In this document: one piece after another, positions 1-9,564 of the stretch
How positions within the stretch are numbered: position 1 is the stretch's first letter
Layout: each line of letters opens with the position of its first letter
Assembly: GCA_963605395.1 (NCBI GenBank)
Contig: CAVCVB010000002.1
Coordinates: forward strand, 7,381 to 71,380
Reading direction: 5' to 3'
DNA from: Firmicutes bacterium CAG:194
Lineage (GTDB): Archaea > Thermoplasmatota > Thermoplasmata > Methanomassiliicoccales > Methanomethylophilaceae
DNA: 64,000 nucleotides
The notes under the pieces: model-generated
Seen by the model: the letters and a program-made list of their open reading frames with translations, nothing else
Databases searched by the model: none
Told to the model about the DNA's origin: nothing
Program-made: the position numbers and the translations under genes

Positions 1-992
1 CGGCGATGCACTGCCTCAGCTCCCGCATGAGGGAGATGGACCTGGACAAGCCCGTGCCATCCCAGATACTCGAGAACATGAAGGTCTCCATGGGCGACTT
101 CACCGAGGCCCTCAACGACGTGGAGCCCAGCGGCATGAGGGAGGTCCTGGTGGAGATCCCCAAGGTCTCCTGGTCCGACGTGGGCGGGCTGGACGACGTC
201 CGCAGGGAGATCTCCGAGATGCTCGTGCCCGAGGAGGGCAACAGCGCCTACGACAGGCTCGGCATCAGGCCCGGCAAGGGAGTGCTGCTGTACGGCCCTC
301 CGGGCACCGGGAAGACGCTCATCGCCAAGGCGGTGGCCAACGAGTCCGGCACCAACTTCATCTCCGTGAACGGCCCGGAGGTCGCCAGCAAATGGCTGGG
401 CGAGAGCGAGAGGGCCATACGCCAGATATTCAAGCGCGCCAAGCAGATGGCGCCCTGCATCATATTCTTCGACGAGATAGACTCCATAGCGCCCGTGCGC
501 GGCGCAGGCGACAGCTCCTCCTGGGAGAGGGTGGTGGCGCAGCTCCTGACGTCCATGGACGGGGTGGAGAGCATGAAAAACGTCACGGTCATGGCTGCCA
601 CCAACAGGCCGGACATGATCGACCCCGCCCTGCTCAGGCCCGGGAGGTTCGACAGCCTGATCCTCGTCGGCAAGCCCGACGAGGCTTCCCGCCTCGCGAT
701 CCTGAAGGTGCAGACAAGGGACATGCCTCTGGAGGGCGTGGACCTCGGGAGCATCGCCTCCGTCACCGACGGCTATGTGGGAGCGGACCTTGCGGCATTG
801 TGCAGGGAGGCGGCCCTGTGCGCCTACCGCAGGGACCGTGGAGCGGAGAAGGTCACATCATCGGATTTCTCGGCCGCGCTGGAGCGCGTTGGCCCGTCCG
901 TGGACGATGCGATCCTGAAGGGATATGCTAGCATGGGCCGGGACATGAAGAAGCGCAGGACCGGATGGGACAACGTGCCGTTCTACGGATGA
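1..992 (+). CDS. cdc48: CDC48/VCP-family AAA ATPase, C-terminal part (5' end outside the window)
   Basis: Walker A GPPGTGKT, Walker B IIFFDEIDS, SRH ATNRPDMIDPALLRPGRFD and the PSGMREVLVEIPKVSWSDVGGL D1-D2 linker. Confidence 0.93.
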   Translation, partial: AMHCLSSRMREMDLDKPVPSQILENMKVSMGDFTEALNDVEPSGMREVLVEIPKVSWSDVGGLDDVRREISEMLVPEEGNSAYDRLGIRPGKGVLLYGPPGTGKTLIAKAVANESGTNFISVNGPEVASKWLGESERAIRQIFKRAKQMAPCIIFFDEIDSIAPVRGAGDSSSWERVVAQLLTSMDGVESMKNVTVMAATNRPDMIDPALLRPGRFDSLILVGKPDEASRLAILKVQTRDMPLEGVDLGSIASVTDGYVGADLAALCREAALCAYRRDRGAEKVTSSDFSAALERVGPSVDDAILKGYASMGRDMKKRRTGWDNVPFYG

Positions 993-2537
993 TCAGAGGT
1001 CCTTGGCCATGTAAGGCAGGTCCTCGGAGAAGCCCAGGGACCTGTAGTACCCTCTGACGCCGACGCCGCTGGTGACCCTTATGCGGCTCCTTCCGGACTC
1101 GGCGGCGATGCGCTCGGCCTCGGACACCAGCCTCCTGCCGTAGCCCCTGTGCTGCCAGTCCTCCCCCTCGTCTCCGATGGAGGCGACCCTCCCGAACACC
1201 TTCAGCTCCCTTATCGTAGCCTCGGGGTTGGAGTCGAGCCTCACGCGGATGTAGCCGACGATGGCATCGTCGTACTCCAGCGCGACGAAGTGCTCCGTGC
1301 CCCCGCACGCCTCGTAGACCGTGTCCTTCAGGGCCACGCGGTCGGGATCGTCCAGGGATGTGCCGCGATGCCCGACCTCCCTGCAGCGGATGCACCTGCA
1401 TCCCATGCCGTGCTCAGACATGTAGTCGCCCACGAGCTGGCGGATGTTGCTCTTGTGTATCCCGGCGGAGATCTCGGTCACGGGGATGTCCCTCTGGATG
1501 CGCTGTATCCTCACATATTCGGGGACCACGGCCTTCATCTGCGACAGGAGCGGGACGGCGGTCTCCTCCAGGTAGGGGGAGTAGTCTCCGGCCTCCCACA
1601 TGTCGTAGAGCTTGGTGCCTGCGACAACCAGCACCGGATAGAACTTCAGCATGTCCGGCCTGAAATCCGGGTCTTCGAATACCCTCTTGAAGCACTTCAG
1701 GTCGTTCTCCGGAGAGGATCCGGGGAGCCCGGGCATCATGTGGTAGCACACCTTCAGGCCGCGGTCGCGGCAGTTGCGGGTGCATTCCCTCACCTCCGCG
1801 ATCCCGTGCCCGCGGTCTACCCCGCGCAGCACATCGTCGTCGAGGATCTGGACCCCCAGCTCCACACGGGTGGCGCCGAGGCGCATGACGCGGTCGATCT
1901 GCTCCGGCGTGAACACGTCCGGGCGCGTCTCGACGGTGAGCCCGACGCAGCGGTGCTCGGAGGCCTCGTTGAGCCTCTGGGCCTCCTCCAGCGTGGGGGA
2001 GTCGCGCCCATTGAGGGCATCGAAGCACCTGCGGACGAACCATTCCTGGTATTCGGGCTCCCTGCTGGTGAATGTGCCGCCCATGACGATCAGGTCTATC
2101 TTGTCGGTCTTGTGTCCGATCTCGGTCAGCTGTGTCACCCTGTCCCTGACCTGCATCCACGGGTCGAAGGCGTTCCTTCCCGCCCTGCGGGCCGCGGGCT
2201 CCTTCCCGGTGTACGACTGAGGGGAATTGTTACCCACCCCTCCGGGGCAGAACGCGCAGCGCCCGTGGGGGCAGTCATGGGGCGACGTCATCACGGCGAC
2301 GACGGCCACTCCGCTGATGGTGCGGGTGGGCTTCTTCAGAAGGAACGGCGTGAGGAGCTTCCTGTCCTCGGGGAGCACGTTCGCCAGGACGTCCGAGTTC
2401 GGAGGGACGTCGCCGAAGCCGTACTTCTTGCAGAGCTTCAGCTTGAGGTTCTGAAGGGAATCGCGGTCCCTGACCTTCCCGGTCTTGACCGCGTCGATGA
2501 GCTCCTCCGAGAAAGGGGCTATCTGCGGATCAGCCAT
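993..2537 (-). CDS. elp3: Elp3 radical SAM/GNAT tRNA U34 modification enzyme
   Basis: PTRTISGVAVVAVMT, CPHGRCAFCPGG, PQSYTGKEPA, C-terminal GNAT QHRGYG/SGVGVRGYY. Confidence 0.95.
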   Translation of the reverse strand: MADPQIAPFSEELIDAVKTGKVRDRDSLQNLKLKLCKKYGFGDVPPNSDVLANVLPEDRKLLTPFLLKKPTRTISGVAVVAVMTSPHDCPHGRCAFCPGGVGNNSPQSYTGKEPAARRAGRNAFDPWMQVRDRVTQLTEIGHKTDKIDLIVMGGTFTSREPEYQEWFVRRCFDALNGRDSPTLEEAQRLNEASEHRCVGLTVETRPDVFTPEQIDRVMRLGATRVELGVQILDDDVLRGVDRGHGIAEVRECTRNCRDRGLKVCYHMMPGLPGSSPENDLKCFKRVFEDPDFRPDMLKFYPVLVVAGTKLYDMWEAGDYSPYLEETAVPLLSQMKAVVPEYVRIQRIQRDIPVTEISAGIHKSNIRQLVGDYMSEHGMGCRCIRCREVGHRGTSLDDPDRVALKDTVYEACGGTEHFVALEYDDAIVGYIRVRLDSNPEATIRELKVFGRVASIGDEGEDWQHRGYGRRLVSEAERIAAESGRSRIRVTSGVGVRGYYRSLGFSEDLPYMAKDL

Positions 2538-2790
2538 AGAACACGTTTCCGGGATCCGCTTTCTTCGACGTGCTGGACTGCACGGGAGCGCTCTCCAGCT
2601 GGTCCATGCAGACGATGGCGGACGAGCTGACGAGCCTGGTCACGTCTCCGACCTCGAACACGAGGGCGGTGTCGGACGCCACGGCGCAAAGGCCCTTGTA
2701 ACGTCCTTTGAACGTCTGGCAGTCATCGGTCGTGCGCCTCCAGGTGACTTCGAACAGCGCGCCTGGGGATAGAATGAAATCTTCTGACAT
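2530..2790 (-). CDS. small hypothetical protein (86 aa, possibly Sm/LSm-like beta fold)
   Basis: 3' part of ORF 2530..3051 from MSEDFILSPG; overlaps the elp3 start; beta-rich pattern (FKGRYKGL..ALVFEV..RLVSSSAIVCMD). Confidence 0.7.
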   Translation of the reverse strand: MSEDFILSPGALFEVTWRRTTDDCQTFKGRYKGLCAVASDTALVFEVGDVTRLVSSSAIVCMDQLESAPVQSSTSKKADPGNVFYG

Positions 2791-3245
2791 CGGGATCGCC
2801 TCTGCCTCTTGAGCTCCTGGAAATGGGCGATGGTCTTGCGGTAGTTCTCCATGGCCATGCTCACGTTGGCCTCGGCGAAGCTCCATGCCTTGGTGAGATC
2901 GCCGAACCTTATGCGGTAGCCCTTCTTGGACTGGCCCTCGTACTCCACGTCCATGACCTCCAGCAGGTCCATCGACTTCAGCTTGTTGATGTGCCTGTAG
3001 ATCGTGGGCTTGGTGGTCCCGAGCAGCGCGGCCAGCTCTTCCACGGCCCATGCCTTCTCGGGGTATTCCATCAGATAGTCCATGAACATCCTGTACGGCA
3101 CGCTCTCCCTGACCGAGATGGCATCCGTCTTGGGATCGTATCCCTTGGGGATGTAGCCTATCTGGACCAGGAAGGTCTCTGCAACGACGTTGACGTCGTC
3201 CACGCCCACCATGGGGACGTTGCTGACCACCTGCATTTCGAACAT
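2640..3245 (-). CDS. HTH transcriptional regulator (probable natural end near 2796; apparent stop loss)
   Basis: AVEELAALLGTTKPTIYRHINKLKSMDLL winged HTH; the last ~50 codons overlap the downstream gene and look non-coding. Confidence 0.85.
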   Translation of the reverse strand: MFEMQVVSNVPMVGVDDVNVVAETFLVQIGYIPKGYDPKTDAISVRESVPYRMFMDYLMEYPEKAWAVEELAALLGTTKPTIYRHINKLKSMDLLEVMDVEYEGQSKKGYRIRFGDLTKAWSFAEANVSMAMENYRKTIAHFQELKRQRRSRCQKISFYPQARCSKSPGGARPMTARRSKDVTRAFAPWRPTPPSCSRSET

Positions 3246-3302
3246 CGGAGCACCGGATACTGTAAAAGTTAAGCTCCTATTTTAACAAATCTGGAGAAAC
3301 TA

Positions 3303-3818
3303 TCAGATCAGGTCCTTGAGCCTGTCGATGGCCAGCAGGATGCTTGTCGTGGGGATCACACGGGACACGGGAATCGAGATGATCTTCTCCACCGTCGGCG
3401 CCACGATGGGCGCGCAGACGACTCCGAGGGCTCCGTCGCGCTCCGCGCGGACGGCCGCGATGATGGCGTCCTCCACGGTGGAGACGGGATATTCCCTGAG
3501 CGTGACGGTGAGGCCGCCTCCCATGTCCACGGTCCTCGGCAGGACCTCCAGGACGGAGCTGTATGCGATGACGGCGATGAAATGCGAGCCTTCCGGCTCG
3601 GACAGGAGCCTCAGCGCCTTGATGACCTGGCGGACCGTCTTGAGGTTGGGCTCGCGCTTGTCCTCCAGGATCTTGTACATCGTGCTCTGGGATATCCCCG
3701 AGAGCTGGCAGAACTCGTTGAGGGACATGTTCAGCTCGTCCGTCAGGATGCTCCTGAAGGCCTTCTGGAAGCCCCCGTCCTCCCTCAGCATCCCGGATAT
3801 CAGGTCCTGGACGGTCAT
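3303..3818 (-). CDS. XRE-family HTH transcriptional regulator
   Basis: MSLNEFCQLSGISQSTMYKILEDKREPNLKT HTH; start overlaps the trxB stop. Confidence 0.85.
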   Translation of the reverse strand: MTVQDLISGMLREDGGFQKAFRSILTDELNMSLNEFCQLSGISQSTMYKILEDKREPNLKTVRQVIKALRLLSEPEGSHFIAVIAYSSVLEVLPRTVDMGGGLTVTLREYPVSTVEDAIIAAVRAERDGALGVVCAPIVAPTVEKIISIPVSRVIPTTSILLAIDRLKDLI

Positions 3819-4699
3819 CTGGTCCCTCTCACGTATGCCGCCGCGGCGGTGCCTGCGACGCATCCCTGGCCGACGGCCCTGGCGACCTGCCACGGCCTTC
3901 CGGTCACGTCCCCGCATGCGAACACGCCGGGGACCTCGGTGGAGCAGTCCGCCCCGACCTTTATCGTGTCGTCCATCTCGGGCATGACGTCCAGGTCCAT
4001 GGCCAGATCGGCCGCGGACCTCGCGCCCAGCTCTATGAACACCCCGTCGGTCGGGATCACGGTGCCGTCGTCCATGGTGACGGACTCGACCTTGTCTATC
4101 CCGTCTATGGAGATGGGCTTCGAATGGACCATGCGGACCCCTGCGGACTCCGCGGCCCTGACCAGCGAAGGCTCGGCCTCCAGGTCCCAGAACGCCCAGG
4201 ACGTCTCAGACGCGTAGCGGGTCATCATCTCGGCGGACGCGGCCGCCTCGGAATCGTTCCCTACTATGACGGCCCTGCGCCCCTTGTAGAAGTTGCAGTC
4301 GCAGACGGCGCAGTAGCTGACGCCCTTGCCGAAGAGGTCCTTCTCCCCGGGGACTCCCAGCTTCCTGCGGGAGATGCCGGTGGCCAGGACGACGGCCTTG
4401 GCGTGCACCTCGGTGCCGTCCTCGATCACTGCGGCGAACCCGCCGTCAGCCTTGGAGCAGGACATGACGTTCTGCCCGAGGACCGCCGCGCCGGAGGCCT
4501 CGGCCTGGGCCATGCCGCGGGCCAGGAGGTCGTCTCCGGAGACGGGAGGGGACCCGAAGTAGTTGTCCACCTCCGCGCCGGATATGGCGCTGGCCGAGGG
4601 CTTCCCTGCCACGGCCACGGACATCTTGCCGCGGGCTGCGTGCACCGCGGCCTGCAGCCCTGCCGGGCCGCAGCCGATGATCAGGATGTCGACGTCCAT
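3815..4699 (-). CDS. trxB: thioredoxin reductase
   Basis: IIGCGPAG FAD motif, GVSYCAVCD redox CxxC, GVFACGD. Confidence 0.93.
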   Translation of the reverse strand: MDVDILIIGCGPAGLQAAVHAARGKMSVAVAGKPSASAISGAEVDNYFGSPPVSGDDLLARGMAQAEASGAAVLGQNVMSCSKADGGFAAVIEDGTEVHAKAVVLATGISRRKLGVPGEKDLFGKGVSYCAVCDCNFYKGRRAVIVGNDSEAAASAEMMTRYASETSWAFWDLEAEPSLVRAAESAGVRMVHSKPISIDGIDKVESVTMDDGTVIPTDGVFIELGARSAADLAMDLDVMPEMDDTIKVGADCSTEVPGVFACGDVTGRPWQVARAVGQGCVAGTAAAAYVRGTR

Positions 4700-4701
4700 G
4701 T

Positions 4702-5013
4702 TCAGAGGCCGTTGACGTAGGCGATGATGTCGTCCTTGGGCCTCAGGCCGACAAGGGAGTCCACCAGGACCTTGTCCTTGAAGACCAGGAGGGTCGGGAT
4801 GGCGTTGATGTTGAACCTGACGGCGATGCCCTGGTTCTCATCGGTGTTGAGCTTTGCGACGCCGACCTTGCCGGCCAGCTCCTCCGCGACCTCCTCGATT
4901 ATGGGGCCCATGCGCCTGCAGGGTCCGCACCAGGGGGCCCAGCAGTCCACGATCGCGATGCTGTTGGACTCCACGAAGGAGTCGAAGTTCGATTCGTTGA
5001 GCTCGGTAACCAT
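4702..5013 (-). CDS. trxA: thioredoxin
   Basis: WAPWCGPC active site. Confidence 0.96.
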   Translation of the reverse strand: MVTELNESNFDSFVESNSIAIVDCWAPWCGPCRRMGPIIEEVAEELAGKVGVAKLNTDENQGIAVRFNINAIPTLLVFKDKVLVDSLVGLRPKDDIIAYVNGL

Positions 5014-5103
5014 GTTATCGGCCCCTGTATCTGCGGACTCCGTAATTAGTGTGTCGGATGGCGCCGGGAACTTCCCGCCCGGCGCCCCCGTGGAAAAGGA
5101 TTG

Positions 5104-5700
5104 TCACCTGCTGCAGTTGGACAGGTCATGCCTGTCTATCAGCTTCAGGTACGGGTACTCGCCCAGGATGGCCGCCATGCAGTCCAGGTCCTCGCCGTAG
5201 AGCTCCGAGAGCTCCTCGTGGAGGGCCTCGATCCTGTCGGCTCCCCTGTCCGCGCCCTTGGTCCTGAGCTTCGTCACGGAATGCATGTGGTCCACGACGC
5301 GGTTGTCGCTGACCAGGTTGTCCGCATGGGCGACGATCTTCTCCTCCAGCGTGCGGGGCATGTAGTCGCCCGCGGGGAGGCCCATCTCGTCCACGTCCTC
5401 CTGGTCCAGCCCGGCCCCGGTGTGCTTGCGCACGATGTCCACCAGCGGCTGGGGGAACCCCTGCTCGCTGAGGATCTGGGACCCGATGTACGCGTGCATG
5501 ATCGAATGGTCCACGGACCTTCCGATGTCGTGGAGCAGCGCTCCGGCGAGCACCAAGTCGCGGTCCGCGCCCTCGATGCGGGAGACCATCTCCTTGGCCA
5601 CGGCCTCGACCGTGCAGCAGTGGATGACCACCCTGCGCTTGCAGCCCGCGTCTATCAGGAGCTCGACGCATTCGTCCTCATTCGGGATGATGCTCGACAA
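5104..5700 (-). CDS. HDIG-domain metal-dependent phosphohydrolase
   Basis: GALLHDIGR, EEKIVAHADN. Confidence 0.9.
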   Translation of the reverse strand: MSSIIPNEDECVELLIDAGCKRRVVIHCCTVEAVAKEMVSRIEGADRDLVLAGALLHDIGRSVDHSIMHAYIGSQILSEQGFPQPLVDIVRKHTGAGLDQEDVDEMGLPAGDYMPRTLEEKIVAHADNLVSDNRVVDHMHSVTKLRTKGADRGADRIEALHEELSELYGEDLDCMAAILGEYPYLKLIDRHDLSNCSR

Positions 5701-6199
5701 CGGTCTTCCCCCTCTCGTTGGGAACGACTTCCAGCTCTCCTCCGCGGTCGGAGTAGAGCGCCTTGCCCTCTGTGAACCTGTCCAGGAATATCGCCAGGGC
5801 GGCGATCTCGGAATGGGGCTGGTTGCCCACGGAGACGTTGAAATCCGCCCTCTGGTAGACCTCGGCGGGGACCTTCTCGGCTCCCACGACGATCATTATG
5901 TCCTCGTCGCGGGGGATCTTCGGCAGGGCCTCGTCGACCCTCTGGCCGTACATCGTCAGGTGGACGACCTTCCCGTTGAAACCGCGGATGGCCTCCTTCC
6001 AGCTGACGCCTGTCTTTATCGAGTAGTCTCCTCCGAACCTCTGCACGACGCTGCGGATGTTCTCCTCGAGCACGGGATCCTCCGTGTCGACGTAGATCCC
6101 CTTGGCTCCCAATGCGCGCGAAGACAGGGCGACGTGCGTCGTCACCCTTTTATCGCGTTCCGGACGATGGCCTATCCTCATTATCCAGATATCTGCCAT
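5678..6199 (-). CDS. trm56: tRNA (cytidine-56 2'-O)-methyltransferase (aTrm56, SPOUT)
   Basis: RIGHRPERDKRVTTHVAL, VHLTMYG, VGAEKVP, GNQPHSEIAALAIFLD. Confidence 0.95.
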   Translation of the reverse strand: MADIWIMRIGHRPERDKRVTTHVALSSRALGAKGIYVDTEDPVLEENIRSVVQRFGGDYSIKTGVSWKEAIRGFNGKVVHLTMYGQRVDEALPKIPRDEDIMIVVGAEKVPAEVYQRADFNVSVGNQPHSEIAALAIFLDRFTEGKALYSDRGGELEVVPNERGKTVVEHHPE

Positions 6200-6203
6200 C
6201 TGC

Positions 6204-6704
6204 TTACTCTTCGTGGATGAGCTCGATCCTGTGGCCGCGGTAGTCCATCTTGACGGACCTGCGCACGAGGCTCTTCAGCATGGTGGATGTGAGCCCGAGG
6301 GACTCCGCCACATCGCCGGAGAACCTGCCGTCCTTGCCGACCTGCTCCAGGATCTTGTCTTCTATCTCGGCGTATTCCGTGTCGCTCATCATGGCGGCCG
6401 TCAGGACATCGCTGATCTCATAGACGGGCCACTGGGCGTTGATGCTGAACGAGGTGTAGTATGTGTGGTACGATTTCTCGGGATAGCCGCCGTTCTTGGA
6501 CATCCAGCGGGTCTCGACGAGCTTCATCTTCTCGAAGAATATGATCGCATCCCTGCCTTCGGGACCGAACTTCTCCTCGATCTCGTCGGCAGTCCTCCAC
6601 TCCAAGGTCACCTCTTTCAGAACATCCCTTTTGACGGGAGTATCAACGGACCTTAGCATAGGCACAAGCTCAGAAGGCTCGTTGATGACCTTGATTCTAT
6701 TCAT
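6204..6704 (-). CDS. ArsR-like archaeal transcriptional regulator
   Basis: wHTH-like pattern (LVETRW..PEKSYHTYY); in operon with trm56. Confidence 0.75.
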   Translation of the reverse strand: MNRIKVINEPSELVPMLRSVDTPVKRDVLKEVTLEWRTADEIEEKFGPEGRDAIIFFEKMKLVETRWMSKNGGYPEKSYHTYYTSFSINAQWPVYEISDVLTAAMMSDTEYAEIEDKILEQVGKDGRFSGDVAESLGLTSTMLKSLVRRSVKMDYRGHRIELIHEE

Positions 6705-6798
6705 GTTTATACTTCATGTCATAAAAGGTATATAATGGATGTTCGGGGGATTGAGCATCTGGCAAACCTTTAATACGGATATCCTTGATTCCGACACA

Positions 6799-6963
6799 AT
6801 GAAAGAGAAACAGCCCGAACTGAGATGGCAGTGCCTCAACTGCTACAGGACCTTCAAAGGACCTGACGCAGAGCAGAAGGCCCTCGACTGTTGCGGTTCC
6901 GTCGTCCAGGGATGGTGGGCCAACTACAACAAGTGGGGCAAGCAGAAGTGGTACGGTCGCTGA
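6799..6963 (+). CDS. small Cys-rich putative zinc-finger protein (54 aa)
   Basis: WQCLNC...ALDCC, host-like codon usage, TTTAATA box upstream. Confidence 0.7.
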   Translation: MKEKQPELRWQCLNCYRTFKGPDAEQKALDCCGSVVQGWWANYNKWGKQKWYGR

Positions 6964-7027
6964 ACCGCATTTCCCAACCCCTTTCCTTTTACAATCTCTT
7001 ATCGGAGATTGACTGTGCGAGGTGACT

Positions 7028-7333
7028 ATGACATCCAACAAGGACCCTCTGGGATCAATCTCCGATGAGATCGAGCTTCTAGAACGCCACATATCCATCC
7101 TTAAGACTGTGCGCGACAACCAGCCCATAGGGCTGATCAGGCTCTCCGAGATGACGGACATACCGAAGCACAGGGTCCGCTACTCGCTGAAGCTGCTGGA
7201 GCAGCAGGGGATAATCATCCCGACGACGGACGGCGCCACGGTATCGGACGGCTGTGACGAGTTCCTGCAGAACATCTCCGATCATATCGACGACATAGCA
7301 TCGAAGATCGACAACCTAAGGAGCATGCTCTGA
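7028..7333 (+). CDS. winged-helix transcriptional regulator
   Basis: QPIGLIRLSEMTDIPKHRVRYSLKLLEQQGII; GAGGTGA SD upstream. Confidence 0.85.
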   Translation: MTSNKDPLGSISDEIELLERHISILKTVRDNQPIGLIRLSEMTDIPKHRVRYSLKLLEQQGIIIPTTDGATVSDGCDEFLQNISDHIDDIASKIDNLRSML

Positions 7334-7348
7334 CAGGATATTGGTAAG

Positions 7349-7376
7349 ATCCGGACAGCGGAAGCGCTGACCGGAT
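7349..7376. terminator. hairpin between convergent genes
   Basis: atccggacagcg-gaag-cgctgaccggat inverted repeat followed by a T-run. Confidence 0.55.
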
Positions 7377-7387
7377 GTTTTCAGGCT

Positions 7388-7804
7388 TCAGATGAAGCCT
7401 ATGACCTTGGACGTGGTCTCGACCATGACAGTGTCGAGCCCGAACTCGCCCTTGACCTTGTTCGCGAGGTCCTTCACGAAATCATAGCTCGTGTGGGCCA
7501 TGATGAACACGAGGGTCTGCTGGCCCTTAACAACGGTGCCGTCGTCGGCGGTGTAGCCGCCCTCGGCCCAGTAGCAGGTGTATCCGTAGCCGCCATCGGT
7601 GGCGATCTTCACGGCCGCGTCCTTCAGAGCGGTCTTCTGTTCCTCAGTCGCATCGGAATCCATCCCGAAGAACAGGGTGTACTCGTCCGACGCCCCGTTG
7701 TCCTTCCCGTCATTCTGGATGGATTTGTAGAGAGAAGCGACGGACAGGATCAGCACGAGGACCAGGACGACCACCGTGATCTTGCTCAGCGTATCAGCTT
7801 GCAT
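7388..7804 (-). CDS. membrane-anchored protein, DUF3574-like
   Basis: N-terminal hydrophobic helix; YTLFFGM...GYT..AEGGY..DDG pattern resembles DUF3574. Confidence 0.65.
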   Translation of the reverse strand: MQADTLSKITVVVLVLVLILSVASLYKSIQNDGKDNGASDEYTLFFGMDSDATEEQKTALKDAAVKIATDGGYGYTCYWAEGGYTADDGTVVKGQQTLVFIMAHTSYDFVKDLANKVKGEFGLDTVMVETTSKVIGFI

Positions 7805-7995
7805 GGATGCATCCAGGATGTCGGTCGATATAAGACTTTACGCTCATAGGAGTCACGAGCACCATGCCCGTAGTGACAAAGGCGGATCAGTGCATGCAGC
7901 CCGTCCGGACCGTGACGAGGAATGCACTGCATCCGAGACAACCGCAGACAAGGTTTTCTACTTTCAACCATGGATCGATCGTCAGAGGTCCTGAC

Positions 7996-8196
7996 ATGGC
8001 TGAAGATTCATATTTCGAAAACATGGTGATCGACACCCCTGAAGCCGCGGCGAACATCGAAGAGCTGGTGGAAAGCGGTGTGATGTGGAAACGCGGGAAC
8101 ACCAAGTGCGTACTGGTGGATGCTGACAACGAAGTCGTTCGCAAGACGTTCGAGAAGTACAAGCCGGCCAGCCTCAATGCTGATGCACCTCGCTGA
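7996..8196 (+). CDS. small hypothetical protein (66 aa)
   Basis: GAGG SD before ATG; plausible codon usage (MAEDSYFENMVIDTPEAA...). Confidence 0.55.
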   Translation: MAEDSYFENMVIDTPEAAANIEELVESGVMWKRGNTKCVLVDADNEVVRKTFEKYKPASLNADAPR

Positions 8197-8375
8197 CCTG
8201 AGAAGCGCATCCCGGATGCTCTTGGGCGAGGATCTCTGGAAATGGGGATGTGCCAGGCTTCTACAGCCTCGATAACATGCCATGACATGTCTGCACGGCT
8301 CTGGAGCCGTGCTAAACGAACGATATGCGACCGATCTACAGAACAGCGCAAAGAATCGCAATGGGATTATAAGAG

Positions 8376-8448
8376 TGGGCCCGCCCAGATTTGAACTGGA
8401 GTTACGTGCACCCCAAGCACGAAGGATACCAAGCTACCCCACGGGCCC
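8376..8448 (-). tRNA. tRNA-Pro(GGG)
   Basis: GGGCCCG acceptor, anticodon arm CGTGC-TTGGGGT-GCACG, T-loop GTTCAAATC; follows rpoN. Confidence 0.92.
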
Positions 8449-8526
8449 ACAAGACGGGGATTGAGTTCTTATTAAAAAAGTTGACGGTCCCAGAGGCGCG
8501 TGTGGCACCTCCGGAACCGTTCGTTT

Positions 8527-8718
8527 TCATCCGAGCGGAGCAATCTCCTTTATGAGGTCGGCATGGGAGACGATCATCCTGCGGCAGCAGTATCTCTCGA
8601 AGCCGAGATCATCGAGGACTGCTTTCGGGTCCTCGCCTGCGCTCACACGTTGCATGTACACCGGATAGGCCGATCCGACGACCTTTCCGCATGTGAAACA
8701 TCTCACCGGTATTATCAT
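8527..8718 (-). CDS. rpoN: RNA polymerase subunit N (Rpo10)
   Basis: [12 protein letters not shown]...RYCCRRM. Confidence 0.97.
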   Translation of the reverse strand: MIIPVRCFTCGKVVGSAYPVYMQRVSAGEDPKAVLDDLGFERYCCRRMIVSHADLIKEIAPLG

Positions 8719-8727
8719 GCCAAAGCC

Positions 8728-9129
8728 TCAACGGTAGGATTTCTGCTTCTTTGCACGGGCACCAGGTCCAAGAGGGTTCTTGGGCAGCTTGCGCCTGTCG
8801 TCGTTGATGATGAGGGTCCTGTCGTAAGACCTGAACACGGCCTCGAGCTCGTCGTCCTTGTAGTACTCGACGAGTCCCCTGGCGATGGCGGTCCTTGCGG
8901 CAGTCGCCTGTCCCATGACTCCGCCGCCGTTGACGGTGACGGAGATGTCGACGTTCTGGGCCTTCTCGGGCACGAGTCCGAGGGGCTCCATGATCTTGAG
9001 CTTAGCGAGCTCGGGGGTGAAGACATCGATGGGGACCTTGTTGATGGTCACCCTGCCGGTGCCCTCTTTGACGACGGCCCTAGCGATGGCGGTCTTCCTC
9101 TTTCCGCTTGTGTTGACGCACTCAACCAT
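8728..9129 (-). CDS. rps9: 30S ribosomal protein S9
   Basis: GKRKTAIARA...GPGARAKKQKSYR. Confidence 0.97.
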   Translation of the reverse strand: MVECVNTSGKRKTAIARAVVKEGTGRVTINKVPIDVFTPELAKLKIMEPLGLVPEKAQNVDISVTVNGGGVMGQATAARTAIARGLVEYYKDDELEAVFRSYDRTLIINDDRRKLPKNPLGPGARAKKQKSYR

Positions 9130-9133
9130 GGGA

Positions 9134-9559
9134 TCACCTCACGTTGGAACCCAGGAATTTGGATACGGCTCCCAGGGTAGTGTATTTGCCGGTAATCTTC
9201 CTGCAGGCTTCCTCGGGCCTCTCCTTCTCGCAGTCCTGGAACTGCTTGGGGGTTCCGACGAAGACATGGAGCCTCCTGTAGGCCTCCCTTCCGGAGGTGG
9301 AGGTCCAGGGGATCATTCCCCTGACGCATCTCTTGAACAGGAGATCCGCCCTGCGGGGGTAGAAGGGTCCCTTCCTCTTGGTCGTGTCTCCACGGTCGAC
9401 CTTCGCTTTGAAGTCGGCGAAGACGTTCTCCTTGACGCCGGTGATGATGATAGCTTCGGCGTTGAGGACTACGATCTCCTCTCCGGCCATGATCCTCTCG
9501 GCGACCACGCTGGCCAGCCTTCCGTGGATCAGGTTCCTTCCGTCGATAATTGTAACCAT
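9134..9559 (-). CDS. rpl13: 50S ribosomal protein L13
   Basis: IIDG..LIHGRLAS, GPFYPRR, VRGMIP. Confidence 0.96.
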   Translation of the reverse strand: MVTIIDGRNLIHGRLASVVAERIMAGEEIVVLNAEAIIITGVKENVFADFKAKVDRGDTTKRKGPFYPRRADLLFKRCVRGMIPWTSTSGREAYRRLHVFVGTPKQFQDCEKERPEEACRKITGKYTTLGAVSKFLGSNVR

Positions 9560-9564
9560 CTGAA

